Assembly (NCBI GenBank): GCA_963711565.1
Contig: CAVQEQ010000004.1
Location: forward strand, 96,001 to 160,000
DNA length: 64,000 nucleotides
Source of the DNA: an uncultured delta proteobacterium
Lineage (GTDB): Bacteria > Desulfobacterota > Binatia > Binatales > Binataceae
Reading direction: 5' to 3'
This document shows positions 1 through 9,950 of the stretch, one piece after another (position 1 is the first letter of the stretch; the number at the start of each line of letters is the position of its first letter). The notes beneath the pieces are model-generated. The model saw nothing but the letters and a program-made list of their open reading frames with translations. It was not told the origin of the DNA and did no database searches. The position numbers and the translations under genes are program-made.

Positions 1-610
1 TGAGGCCTAACCGTATCGGTGATGTGGGCACGAGAGCTATCGCGAACAATGCCAACGCCGCCAGCAGCATAGCGTCGAGATAGGCCTGAAAGAGCAAGGT
101 GCACCCGGCCATTATCCACGGTGCGCGCTTGCGCGCATGCAGGAAAAGCACAAAAGCGCCGCTGGCGACATAGGAGTTCACGATCTGAAGAAAGTAGACA
201 GCAGACATCGTCGGCAGCAATTCGATCGAACCGGTGGATCCATGAAAATAACTGAACAAGCGGGAATACAAGACCGTCTCGCCGAGAAACCAACACAGGA
301 AGCCACCGAGGCTGGCAACAATGAAGAGCCAGAGCGTGGCGTGGCTTGTAGCATTGACCACCTGCCTCAGGGAAACCCCGCGTGCTGCGAAGCATACGAT
401 AGCCGCCGCTATCGCATAGGCAATCAGGTTCTGAATCAGAGGCTTGCGCGCCGCAAGACGAACGTTCAGGTCGATCCGGCGCGCCCAGCTCTGAGTATCG
501 ACTCGTCGTTCCGCAGTCGGGGCAACCAGGGGCGAAGTAGGGTCTGTTCTTATAGGTACTTGCAAGGCGGACTTCAGAAGGTGGCGACTGTCGTCAAAGG
601 ATGAAGTCAT
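1..610 (-). CDS. Membrane protein, probably lysylphosphatidylglycerol synthase TM / flippase-like (UPF0104) family; 3' end runs off the window
   Basis: Manually translated open frame from ATG at 610 to the window edge (not in the ORF track): ...KPLIQNLIAYAIAAAIVCFAARGVSLRQVVNATSHATLWLFIVASLGGFLCWFLGETVLYSRLF...; several TM segments. Confidence 0.6.
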   Translation of the reverse strand, partial: MTSSFDDSRHLLKSALQVPIRTDPTSPLVAPTAERRVDTQSWARRIDLNVRLAARKPLIQNLIAYAIAAAIVCFAARGVSLRQVVNATSHATLWLFIVASLGGFLCWFLGETVLYSRLFSYFHGSTGSIELLPTMSAVYFLQIVNSYVASGAFVLFLHARKRAPWIMAGCTLLFQAYLDAMLLAALALFAIALVPTSPIRLGL

Positions 611-677
611 GAAAGCGGCAGCCTTACACGACGCAAATCGCGTCGAAGGGGACTGCCGCTCTTTGGGCAGCAACTCT

Positions 678-998
678 CTAGTAGTTGCTGGTGCTGCTGT
701 TCGAGGTGTGCTCACTCGACGAGTCGCCACTTGGCGAGTTGTTGCTGGACGACGACGAATGCTCGCTGGTTGTGGTAGCAGGCGCCACGGCGACCGCAGG
801 CGCGGCGACCACTATCGGGGGAGGTGCAACCACGACCGGCACGGGGGCCGCGTATACAACCGCTGGTGCCGGTGCCGAAGTTGTGGTCTCGCTCGACGAG
901 CTTGAGCTGTCAGTACTTTGAGCGAATCCTACTCCCAGGCTTCCGAATAGCGCCGCAATACTCAATGTTATGGTTGCCGTTTTCATTAAGTGTTTCAC
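678..998 (-). CDS. Small secreted Ser/Thr/Pro-rich low-complexity protein
   Basis: GTG at 998 with GGAG RBS upstream; signal peptide ending GFA-Q; S/T-rich ends flanking a P/V/A-rich middle. Confidence 0.7.
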   Translation of the reverse strand: MKHLMKTATITLSIAALFGSLGVGFAQSTDSSSSSSETTTSAPAPAVVYAAPVPVVVAPPPIVVAAPAVAVAPATTTSEHSSSSSNNSPSGDSSSEHTSNSSTSNY

Positions 999-1154
999 AG
1001 TGATTTCTCCCTGATTTTCGGGATGGTAGTTACTATCTGAGACTAAGGTCGTATTCACTTTGGCCGCAAGGATGTTTACAGGGCTTATTGTGGTTTGTGT
1101 GCTTTGGAGCACTCCATCGGCCTCTGAGTTCATCGGCCTCGACGCTTTCAGTGC

Positions 1155-1979
1155 TCACAGTGCCGCGAGACGTTCCTGTGAGCCGGTTTCCTTCGGCAGC
1201 TGCATGCCCATTCCAATCTCGATCTTGTCCGCGCGTATAATCAGTTGGCGGCCTTGGCGAATAACCAGGTGTTCGCGCTCCAACTGGGCCAAATGCTCAG
1301 TGACTCTCGGCCGCGTGGCGCCCACGAGATTGGCGATATCCTGGTGGCTGAAGGACACTCTAAGAAGCGTGCCGCGCGACTCTTCGACCCCAAAGTCGGA
1401 ACATAGTTCAAGCAGCGTCATTCCGAGGCGCTCGCGAAGGTCGAGTCCCAGGAGACTGGAACCTCGCATCAATAGTCGGTACCAAAGCTTCAAGTTGTTC
1501 TGATGGAACTCCCTAAAGGTGATCCGCGTAGCGTTCTCGGCAATGGCATTGAAGCGGTCCCAACTCACGCTGCCGAGCCTACAATCGCTATAGGCTTCGC
1601 ATCGAAAGCCCCATGGACTGACAGACTGAGCGGGAAACTCGGGGATCGGACCGGGTGCCAGAAGCGCCACGGTTACCCGCTCCCCGCGTGCATTCAGACA
1701 GCTGATCCTCGCGACTCCGCTCAGGAGGATATTGGCTCCCGTCGAAAGCGCGGCCTCGTCAAGGACAACCTGGTTTCTTTTGAAGTTGGCCACGTTGAGC
1801 TCGCTGGCAAGACGGGTCAACTGCCCGAAGGAGAGCCATGAGAAGGCCTTTTGACGCCTCAGCAGCTCATTCGGTTTCGTCATGTGCTTGCGTTCGGGGA
1901 ATTCTTTCACATACATCCTGTTCCATCGCGCCAACGCCGACTCTTCTGCCATTTGGCTCTGTGGTTGTGCAGTTTCCAT
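1155..1979 (-). CDS. Crp/Fnr family transcriptional regulator
   Basis: cNMP-binding-like N domain; C-terminal HTH 'FSHQDIANLVGATRPRVTEHLAQL'. Confidence 0.9.
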   Translation of the reverse strand: METAQPQSQMAEESALARWNRMYVKEFPERKHMTKPNELLRRQKAFSWLSFGQLTRLASELNVANFKRNQVVLDEAALSTGANILLSGVARISCLNARGERVTVALLAPGPIPEFPAQSVSPWGFRCEAYSDCRLGSVSWDRFNAIAENATRITFREFHQNNLKLWYRLLMRGSSLLGLDLRERLGMTLLELCSDFGVEESRGTLLRVSFSHQDIANLVGATRPRVTEHLAQLEREHLVIRQGRQLIIRADKIEIGMGMQLPKETGSQERLAAL

Positions 1980-1981
1980 TC

Positions 1982-2413
1982 TTAGTTTTCCAGTCGCGCG
2001 TTAAGCGACACGTTCGTGTTCAACAGCCGGCTGATCGAACAGCCGGTCTTCGCGCCCACCGCCGCCTCGATGAAGTCGGACAGCTTCGCCGCGGGCACTT
2101 TGGCCACGACCTCGAGCAGAATGCCGGTGATGGTCCAATCTTCCATACTGAGGTCTTCCGAGGTTACGGTCGCGGTCGTGACTATCCGTTCTGCCTTGAA
2201 TCCGGCGCGACTTAGCGCATCGGATAAAGCTATCGAGAAGGATGCGGCGTGCGCGGCGGCAATGAGTTCCGCGCTGTTGGTCGTTCTTCCGCTTCCTACA
2301 TTCGTTGCCTGCGCCGCGTAATGAGTCCTATGCAGGACTCCGTTCTGCGTAGTGACGGCGCCCTTGCCCTTGATTGGACTACCGTCCCACACCGCGGAAG
2401 CTCTACATTCCAT
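1982..2413 (-). CDS. osmC: OsmC family protein, first (peroxidatic) Cys replaced by Ser
   Basis: 'ASAVWDG...GKG', 'NSAELIAAAHAASFSIAL', 'AKTGCSISRLL' match the OsmC layout. Confidence 0.85.
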   Translation of the reverse strand: MECRASAVWDGSPIKGKGAVTTQNGVLHRTHYAAQATNVGSGRTTNSAELIAAAHAASFSIALSDALSRAGFKAERIVTTATVTSEDLSMEDWTITGILLEVVAKVPAAKLSDFIEAAVGAKTGCSISRLLNTNVSLNARLEN

Positions 2414-2422
2414 CAGGTCACC

Positions 2423-2845
2423 CTATTGCGCGGCGCGCAGTTGATCGGCTGGGCGAACAGGTGACGACTGCAACCGCAGGACCATCGATTGGTTCGCGAG
2501 CCACGAAAGCCGCTGACGCAAGCGATCGGGATCGATACCGAGGCTCTCGCAAACCTCCTCGTAGGCGAAGACTCCGGCCGCCGTCGATTTCTCGCTCATC
2601 CAGGCGCCAACCTCGACCGACAGCCTGCGGCCATCTCGCGTTCGCGAGTCGGAACCTTGCAAGTAGTCGGAGATTGCGGTCGTCAGCACCGCGAGCATCA
2701 GTCGGTGTTCGCCATCCGAGCAAACGCTGGGATGACTAACGTTGTAGAACTTCCTCGCAACGATTGCGGAACTGAACTCGTCCAACGAAGCGGTTGACTC
2801 GCGACCTTCGGTGGCGTTCGCCTGCCCGGGGCTCATCAAGCGCAA
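2423..2845 (-). CDS. Conserved hypothetical protein; start uncertain
   Basis: 'EHRLMLAVLTTAISDY...AWM...FAYEEVCESLGIDPDRLRQRL'; 9 bp upstream of osmC. Confidence 0.65.
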   Translation of the reverse strand: MRLMSPGQANATEGRESTASLDEFSSAIVARKFYNVSHPSVCSDGEHRLMLAVLTTAISDYLQGSDSRTRDGRRLSVEVGAWMSEKSTAAGVFAYEEVCESLGIDPDRLRQRLSWLANQSMVLRLQSSPVRPADQLRAAQ

Positions 2846-2992
2846 CCGCGGATTCTGCTGATTGTCAGAACCGCAGCTAGTGTGAATTTGATTTGTTTCA
2901 TTTTGTCATCTCCAGAATCAGAGGCTCGACCGACAAGACCGGTCTCAGTGTCATGATCGCGCTTGTTTTCTTCGGAGCGCGAATTCTTTGTT

Positions 2993-3020
2993 CCTATGGA
3001 CCGCATAGGCGGTGACTATG
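2993..3020. promoter_or_regulatory. Putative LysR-type operator
   Basis: ATAG-N7-CTAT at 3005-3019 (T-N11-A) overlapping a second dyad CCTATG-N5-CATAGG at 2993-3009, upstream of the hypothetical-osmC-crp genes. Confidence 0.55.
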
Positions 3021-3198
3021 GGGTTCGGATCGGCCGAGGCGCTCGGGACACAATCGGGCGCAAGTTCAGACGAGCGCGGGGCGAGCAGATGCGCTACAGC
3101 GAATGCGTCGAGGGCCACGTATCAGACGTGGTTCTTCAGCAGGCGGCGCTTCAAGCGATGCGTGCGGTGGAGGTCTCGCTCAGGTCCGCCGCATATTC

Positions 3199-4083
3199 TC
3201 ATTTCGCGGACTGCTTGAGGATCTCGACATAGCGGTCGAGCGGCTTCGACGTGTTGTCAGTCTTCCAGGCGATGCAGGACTCGACCTTGACGACTGGCTG
3301 CAGAGGGCGGAAGGCAACGCCGGGATGCGCGAGCAATTTGACTTGCTCCGGTAGCAGCGCGGCTCCCAGACCCGCCGCGACGAACGCGAGCACCGCGAGC
3401 GGTCCATCGGCCTCTTGCAGCGTTCGAGGCGTAAAGCCGGCCTCGGAGACTACGCGGCGCATCCATTCCCCCCAGCCGGGATAGTTTCGCTCGGACATTC
3501 CGACAAAGAAGTGCGATTCCAATTCTTTTAGATTGATCTTGGGTTTTTTCGAGAGAGGATGTCCCTTGGGTAGAGCCACCAGGATCTCATAGAAGGCGAC
3601 GGCTTCCGCCTGGAGGTTGGTTCCCGCCAGCGACTCGCGCAAACCGATAAATCCAAGATCGATCTTGTCGGCATCAAGCGCCTCGAGTTGTTGAGCACAG
3701 GTCATATCAAACAGGTTGAGCGCGACCTCGGGATAGGCCCGTTGAAACGCGGCCAGGGTTGCGGGCAGCAGGTGATAGTGAAGACTGGCGACATACCCGA
3801 TTTTCAGTTGCTTGGTCTCGCTCCGATTGAAATGCTGCACCGCCCGCACGCTGTCCTCGCTGAGGGCGATCACGCGGCGGGAATCCGCCAGAAAAACCTT
3901 GCCTGCTTCGGTAAGAGAGACGCGACCCTTGATGCGATTCAGCAGCCGCACGCCAAGTTCCTGTTCCAGGAGTTTGATTTGCTGAGTGAGCGAGGGTTGC
4001 GCGACGTGCAGCTTCTTCGCGGCGCGAGTGAAGCTCAATTCGTCGGCTACCGCTACGAAATCACGCAAATGCCGAAGTTCCAC
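3199..4083 (-). CDS. LysR family transcriptional regulator (BenM/CatM/AlsR-like)
   Basis: 'MELRHLRDFVAVADELSFTRAAKKLHVAQPSLTQQIKLLE' HTH plus substrate-binding domain. Confidence 0.95.
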   Translation of the reverse strand: MELRHLRDFVAVADELSFTRAAKKLHVAQPSLTQQIKLLEQELGVRLLNRIKGRVSLTEAGKVFLADSRRVIALSEDSVRAVQHFNRSETKQLKIGYVASLHYHLLPATLAAFQRAYPEVALNLFDMTCAQQLEALDADKIDLGFIGLRESLAGTNLQAEAVAFYEILVALPKGHPLSKKPKINLKELESHFFVGMSERNYPGWGEWMRRVVSEAGFTPRTLQEADGPLAVLAFVAAGLGAALLPEQVKLLAHPGVAFRPLQPVVKVESCIAWKTDNTSKPLDRYVEILKQSAK

Positions 4084-4291
4084 GAGTTATCCCTCTCGCC
4101 CCGGTCTCCTCAGTTTTCGGGGGATAGTGCAAAAATTGGCGGTGCGCGCGAGGACGAATCAATACAAAACAGAAATTCGCCAGTCAAGCGAGGAAGCCTG
4201 CCTCTTTTCAAGTCTGCTTCGCGGAAGTGGCCGAGACGAGGGCAGTGTCCCGATTTCAAATCAGGACGCTACCGTCGAGAAAGTCCCGCTA

Positions 4292-4505
4292 TCAAAGGCC
4301 AAAGAAGGGCTGATACCCTGGGGCGGCGGCGCGTAGGGCTCGGACGCATCGCCGTGGTAGTACCGCTCAGCCGTCACGTAGTAATCCTGGCTGAGGCGCG
4401 TAATAGTTGCCGCCGCAGCGATGACGCCATCGCCTGCTCCGATGAAGCCTGAGCGAGAATCTCGACTGAGGCCCCGAACAGCGGGCTGGCCAGAACGATG
4501 GCTCG
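4292..4505 (-). pseudogene. Collapsed relic of a Spy/CpxP gene (5' part) joined to a Gly/Tyr-rich gene (3' part)
   Basis: Reverse complement aligns by eye to about 31309-31370 (AIVLASPLFGAS...QAMAS vs AIALANPSFAAS...QAMAS) and to about 31985-32108, with two single-base indels. Confidence 0.7.
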
Positions 4506-4542
4506 CGGCAGAATTTCTCTTCGCAATATAATTGCGAGCGTT

Positions 4543-6147
4543 ATGGACTGGACGCCGCCCTCCGCGATCCGTTTTTTCTTTGCTGCGCCGCATGGAGCGC
4601 CGGACCGTCTGACTGCGCGGTGGCTCTTCCTTCGCGCCCTTGGCGGCATATACTTCTCCGCATTTTTCTCCTTGGTCTGTCAGATCCGGGGCCTCATCGG
4701 CCCGAGCGGAATTTTGCCCGCGGACAACTATCTTCATGCTGTGGCGGAGTCACTCGGCGGTTGGCAACGAGTATGGTATGCCCCGACGCTGCTTTGGTGG
4801 TCGAGTGGGCCGGTCGCGTTAAACGCGCTGTGCTGGGCGGGCATGCTGGCGTCGCTGCTCCTTCTGCTAAACATCTGGCCCCGCGGAATGCTGACAATCT
4901 GCTTCGTTTGTTTTCTCTCGTTTGTCAGCGCAGCACAGGACTTCTCCAGCTACCAATCGGATGGCATGTTGCTGGCGGCGGGATTCATCTCCTTTTTTTT
5001 CGCGCCGCCGGGGATGCGTCCGGGGTTGGGCCGCACGCATCCGGCCTCGCGCGCCAGCCTGTTTTTGCTGCAATGGGAGTGGTTTCGCATCTACTTCGAA
5101 TCCGGCGTGGTGAAGCTTCTTAGCGGAGATCAGGAATGGCGGTATTTCACTGCCACGGATGACTACTACCAGAATGGGCCCTTGCCCACCTGGATTGGCT
5201 GGTACGTGCAGCACTTGCCGCACTGGTTTCATGCGGCGACGGTCGGGGCCACGCTAGCTTTGGAACTGGGCGTGGTATGGATGCTGTTTCTTCCGCGCCG
5301 ATGGCGGATTGCATGCTTTTTCATAGTGACCCCATGGCAGATCTTCGTAATCCTGACTGCGAACTACGCTTTTCTTAACTATCTCGTTCTCGCGATGGGC
5401 GTGCTTTTGCTGGACGATCGCTTCGTACTGGGCATTTTGCCCGAGCGATGGAAAAATCGAATTAAGGCTGCGTTCGAATCGAACGCAACACCGGTGAAAG
5501 AGCCGGGCGGCCGGGACAGCAGGCTCCGAGGGCCGTGGAAATTCCTGAAGCTGAATGCAGGTTCGGTGCTCCTGCTCTGGATCTGGTATGCTACCACCGC
5601 GCAATTGATCTGGATGATCACGAGAGCACCGCTGCCAACTATCCCAGTCATAGCGCTTGAGCCCTTTCGGATCGCCAATCGATACGGACTCTTCGCGGTG
5701 ATGACGCGTGGACGATATGAGATCGAATTTCAGGGTTCCACAGACGGACAGCATTGGGTGGCCTATCCGTTTCGCTACAAGCCTCAAGAATTGAATCAGC
5801 CGCCGCCCATCTATGCCCCGTATCAGCCACGATTCGATTGGAACCTGTGGTTCGCTTCATTGGGTTCCTGGCGCGAGTATCCGATCGTGCAAAATGCTGA
5901 GGCGCGGCTACTCTCGAACGATAAGGATGTGCTTGAGCTTTTTGCCGACAATCCTTTCGCCCAGGAAGTACCCAGGCAGATTCGTGTCGTGCTTTGGCAG
6001 TACTGGTTCACGACAATGGCGGAGAAGCGCGAAACCGGAATGTGGTGGCGGCGGCAACTTGTAGGCCTGTACGCGCCCACCCTGGAGCGCACATCCGATG
6101 GCGACATTACGGTTATCCAATGGCCCACCGTACAGCCCAGGGAGTAA
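4543..6147 (+). CDS. Lipase maturation factor (LMF1) family membrane protein
   Basis: 'WLFLRALGGIYFSAFFSL', 'FRIYFESGVVKL', 'NRYGLFAVMT', 'PYQPRFDWNLWFA'. Confidence 0.9.
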   Translation: MDWTPPSAIRFFFAAPHGAPDRLTARWLFLRALGGIYFSAFFSLVCQIRGLIGPSGILPADNYLHAVAESLGGWQRVWYAPTLLWWSSGPVALNALCWAGMLASLLLLLNIWPRGMLTICFVCFLSFVSAAQDFSSYQSDGMLLAAGFISFFFAPPGMRPGLGRTHPASRASLFLLQWEWFRIYFESGVVKLLSGDQEWRYFTATDDYYQNGPLPTWIGWYVQHLPHWFHAATVGATLALELGVVWMLFLPRRWRIACFFIVTPWQIFVILTANYAFLNYLVLAMGVLLLDDRFVLGILPERWKNRIKAAFESNATPVKEPGGRDSRLRGPWKFLKLNAGSVLLLWIWYATTAQLIWMITRAPLPTIPVIALEPFRIANRYGLFAVMTRGRYEIEFQGSTDGQHWVAYPFRYKPQELNQPPPIYAPYQPRFDWNLWFASLGSWREYPIVQNAEARLLSNDKDVLELFADNPFAQEVPRQIRVVLWQYWFTTMAEKRETGMWWRRQLVGLYAPTLERTSDGDITVIQWPTVQPRE

Positions 6148-6307
6148 ACGCCTTGTCAAGCGTCAACCGGTTGACAGAGAGCACCTCGCATCGGACCGCC
6201 TCATCCGCCAGCGAGTCGCTCATTGCCGAGGCGGAGTTCCCCGCTGGTCTTATGTTTTCGAGGGCGCTTTGGATCTGCTTCGTGCTCGGCAAGTCGTCGA
6301 TGTAGTG

Positions 6308-8422
6308 ATGTCGAAGTATCAGCAAAGTTATCGCCGGATGTTGGTTGACATGCACATCCCGGATTGGGACCCGGCGTTTCTCTCGCGCTACGACCCGGCT
6401 GCGCTGGCCGGGCAGTTCACGCGCGCGAATCTCACCGGCGCGATGCTCTACTGCAAATCTCACGCAGGCTTGTGCTACTGGCCGACCAGGGCCAGCAAGA
6501 TGCACGCCGGCATCGGCGGACGCGACCTCGTCGGCGAAATGCTCACCGAGCTGCGCTCGCGCGGTATCGCCGCCTGTGCCTACTACAGCATCGTGTTCGA
6601 CAACTGGGCGGTCGAGACGCATCCCGACTGGCGCCAGCGCACTATCAACGGCGCCGACTTCAACAGCGTCATCCGTTACGGCACCTGCTGCATGAACCAT
6701 CCCGAGTACCGCGCTTACGAGATGGCGCAGCTCGACGACCTGCTTTCGCGCTACGAATTCGACGCGTTGTTTCTCGACATGATCTTCTGGCCGCTGATCT
6801 GCGGATGCGATCATTGCCGCGCGCGCTTTCGTGCTGAGGCCGACGCCGATATTCCGGTGACAGTGGACTGGACTTCGCCCGCATGGTGCCGCTTCCAGGC
6901 GGCGCGTGAGCGCTGGGCTTCTGATTTCACCCGCGACCTGATGGCGAAGGCGAAATCGATTCGGCCGGATCTCAACGTCACGCACAATCTCGCGCCGGCG
7001 CTCTCCAACTGGGTGCTGGCGCAGCCGCTCGGCGCGTCGATTCACGACACCTTCGTCGCCGGCGACCTTTACGGCGATCGCGTCGAGCAGCTCGTCGTTT
7101 CGAAGATGCTGCTGCACCTGTCGGAGACTCGGCCCGCCGAATTCATGACCAGCGTATGCGTCGATCTCTCCGATCACGTGCGGCTCAAGAACGAGCAACG
7201 GATGCGGGCGCAGGCGATGGGCGCGACCGCGATGTCGTCGGCGTTCCTGTTCATCGACGCGATCGATCCGATCGGTACCGTGAATCCCGAGAAGTACGCG
7301 CGCGTTGGACGCGTATTCGCCGCGACCGCCGGCTACGAACCGTTTCTCGGCGGCGATCCAATCGAGGACGTCGCGATTTATTTTTCCGCTCACTCGCAAA
7401 TGGACTTCGCCGAGAACGGGACGCCGGTGGCTTCTGTGCTGACTTCCGGCCGCAAGTATCCTCATCTCGACGCTGTACGGGGTGCATGTCGGGCGCTGCA
7501 ACGAGCGCATATTCCGTTCGGTGTGATCACCCGCCGCCAGCTCGATGAGCTGCAGCGGTTTCGAGCAGTCGTGCTGCCCAACGTGCTGCGGATGGATCGC
7601 GAAGAGATCGAAGCTATCCGGGCATACGTGAAGGCGGGCGGCAGGCTGTATGCCAGCCGCTACACTTCGCTGGTCGAGGAGAGTGGCACGCGTCATCGCG
7701 ACTTCATGCTCGCCAACGTCTTCGGCGCGAGTTTCGATTCCGAAGAGCAGGGCGCGTTCGCCTACCTGACGCCGGCCGATGAAATGATCGCGACATGGAT
7801 CGCGCCACAGCGCCACGTGAGCTGCAAAATCGCGAAGGATCCGATCCGGCAGGCGTCGCCGCTGTGCGGATTGCCGCGGCTGCGTAGCGGCTCGGGCCGC
7901 GCGCTGGCTACGCTGACGCTGCCGTACGGATATCCATCGCGCGGTTCGGTGAACGATCACCAATGGGCCAGTATTCATTCCTCGCCGCCATGGGAGCAGC
8001 TCAGCGTTCCGACAATCGTTACCAATGAATTCGGCGCCGGGCGCGCAATCTATTCCGCCGCCTCGATCGAAGCTATTGACGGCGAGGCCGAAACCGCGCT
8101 GTTCGTCGGGCTCGTCGGGTCGCTGCTCGACGGTCGCTTCTCGAGCGGCGCGGTCGCGCATCCGTCGGTCTGGATGACGACTTTCGATCAGCCCGATCGT
8201 CATCGCGTGATGGCGAGCTTCCTCAATTACCAGGAAGAACTGCCGCCCGCGCCGGTGCCGGTTAGATTCTGGTTGCGGCCGCCGGCCGGTAAACGATTTC
8301 GACGACTGATGCTGGCGCCGGAGGGCGTCGTGAGAGAATTCACGCTGGCCGATGACGGAGCGTTGCACGCCGATCTCGGCGCGATCGAATTGATGGCGAT
8401 GGTGATCGCCGAGTACGATTAG
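6308..8422 (+). CDS. Glycoside hydrolase, GHL6/GH151-like TIM barrel plus trimerisation domain
   Basis: 'YRRMLVDMHIPDWD', 'YCKSHAGLCYWPT', 'FDALFLDM', 'CGCDHC', 'VVLPN...YVKAGGRL'. Confidence 0.75.
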   Translation: MSKYQQSYRRMLVDMHIPDWDPAFLSRYDPAALAGQFTRANLTGAMLYCKSHAGLCYWPTRASKMHAGIGGRDLVGEMLTELRSRGIAACAYYSIVFDNWAVETHPDWRQRTINGADFNSVIRYGTCCMNHPEYRAYEMAQLDDLLSRYEFDALFLDMIFWPLICGCDHCRARFRAEADADIPVTVDWTSPAWCRFQAARERWASDFTRDLMAKAKSIRPDLNVTHNLAPALSNWVLAQPLGASIHDTFVAGDLYGDRVEQLVVSKMLLHLSETRPAEFMTSVCVDLSDHVRLKNEQRMRAQAMGATAMSSAFLFIDAIDPIGTVNPEKYARVGRVFAATAGYEPFLGGDPIEDVAIYFSAHSQMDFAENGTPVASVLTSGRKYPHLDAVRGACRALQRAHIPFGVITRRQLDELQRFRAVVLPNVLRMDREEIEAIRAYVKAGGRLYASRYTSLVEESGTRHRDFMLANVFGASFDSEEQGAFAYLTPADEMIATWIAPQRHVSCKIAKDPIRQASPLCGLPRLRSGSGRALATLTLPYGYPSRGSVNDHQWASIHSSPPWEQLSVPTIVTNEFGAGRAIYSAASIEAIDGEAETALFVGLVGSLLDGRFSSGAVAHPSVWMTTFDQPDRHRVMASFLNYQEELPPAPVPVRFWLRPPAGKRFRRLMLAPEGVVREFTLADDGALHADLGAIELMAMVIAEYD

Positions 8423-8672
8423 GGGACTGCAAGCAGAGAGCAGTTCCAGCGCTCGCGGCACAAGCCGCTACGCGCGGGGTGCCAGTGTCCTAAATCCAGT
8501 ACTGTCTCAATCTTCGAATCTGAACTCTGCCGTGTTCATTAAAGTATTCCGAAGTTGCTTCTCGTTCGCACTCAGTTGGGTAGTCAGAGGTCCGCAAGCA
8601 CGAGCGCGGCTGCGTGGCGTAGTTTCATCCTACTTTTCCTTGAGGCGATTTGCGGTCCAAATACCGGCTTTA

Positions 8673-9485
8673 CTATCCACAGTTTCCGGCTGGGCTTCGA
8701 ACCTTTGCCTTAAAGCCTTTCTGCGGTTCACAGATCGGTGGCTTCGTATCACTACCTTGAGCGATGGAACCCCCGATCGCCTCGACACTCACGACACTGC
8801 CTTCATTCTCGCAATCCGCGTCGGCTGAGCTCTGGTCGTCATGAAAGTGCCCACTAGCGACTGCGGTAGCACTGCAGTTTCCCGTAATCCCCGCCTTGGC
8901 AATGGCGTGATCGGTCGAAACAGCTTTTGCCGTCCCGGTCTCTGACTGATCGACGAAAGCCCACGATGTACCTGCCTGCTTGGCGATTGAGAACGCGCTG
9001 CCACCACCGCCGGTCTCGACTGCCGCATCAGCAAAGCCGCTTCCCTCCGCGAGCGAGTTGGCTACGCCGCCCGTCCCCTCGATCTCCGATTGGGCGCTGG
9101 ACCCCATACCCACCGCTTTCGATGTCGCGTTGCCACCGTCCGCAATGTTGACCGAGGCTCCCCCTGCTTGTGCGATCGCGTTGCCCTTGCCGGAAACCAC
9201 GTTGGCGACTGCCCAGTCACCCTTGACGGCGTCGGCGCTCGCATCGGCTCCATCTTCCGCATCGGCGGAAGCTCTGCTCTGCTCGGAAGCCGTGGCCGTC
9301 GCATCGTTTGGTCCACTACCGCTCACTTGTGACGTGCAAGTATTTTCGTCGACGTTCGTTTTCGTAACATCGATCGTAGTCGATGTACACTTTTCTTTGT
9401 CCGACTTGGCGCTCGCCGAACCAATCTGCAGCGCGAGCAGCATCGCACCAGCCAAGATAGGTACTGTACTAAATCTTCCTCTCAC
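8673..9485 (-). CDS. Secreted Ala/Gly/Ser-rich repetitive protein with six Cys
   Basis: Signal peptide ending ASA; repeated A-x-A beta-strand-like units. Confidence 0.65.
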   Translation of the reverse strand: MRGRFSTVPILAGAMLLALQIGSASAKSDKEKCTSTTIDVTKTNVDENTCTSQVSGSGPNDATATASEQSRASADAEDGADASADAVKGDWAVANVVSGKGNAIAQAGGASVNIADGGNATSKAVGMGSSAQSEIEGTGGVANSLAEGSGFADAAVETGGGGSAFSIAKQAGTSWAFVDQSETGTAKAVSTDHAIAKAGITGNCSATAVASGHFHDDQSSADADCENEGSVVSVEAIGGSIAQGSDTKPPICEPQKGFKAKVRSPAGNCG

Positions 9486-9950
9486 AGATTTGCCCCTCTT
9501 CGAGAACAGCGAGTATCGAATCTTAGTTGACCGTCGCGTTGTTAGCGCAGCGCAATTGCCAGACGTTCAAGCCGTGACATGCCAGCCTGATCTTCCTCAA
9601 GGTTTCTTCAGCCCGCAACGATAACAGTGGTTCTGATCCATTCATACAGCAGGAATGCTCGGATGTTTTCGATTCAATGGTTGTCCAGTCAAAAATGTGC
9701 CCTTTTGTGTCTGAGACGAGCAAACCCCATGCGAAACGAGAGTCTCCCTGTTGTGGGAAGCCCTCCCATTTTCCTATCCGATACGATGCGAGCAGATGCT
9801 GTTAGTGATGTAGAATCGACGAAATAAATTTCGTCCTACTATGCGTCAATCTCGTGCGGGTTTCTTGGCGCGCCCGAGGAATAACGGGTGCGGCGGAATT
9901 AGCGCGCGGGACTGGGGGCATTCTGAATCACGGAAAATTTTGTCGCTCGG

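Noticed and set aside
137-604. 155-aa plus-strand ORF
   Set aside because: The opposite strand encodes a convincing multi-TM protein over the same span
6113-8461. 782-aa minus-strand ORF
   Set aside because: Antisense shadow of the glycoside hydrolase in GC-rich DNA; no recognisable motifs
9705-9750. CTGAGACGA..GCA/TGC..GAAA hammerhead-like arrangement
   Set aside because: The core is not CUGANGA and I could not build stems I and III
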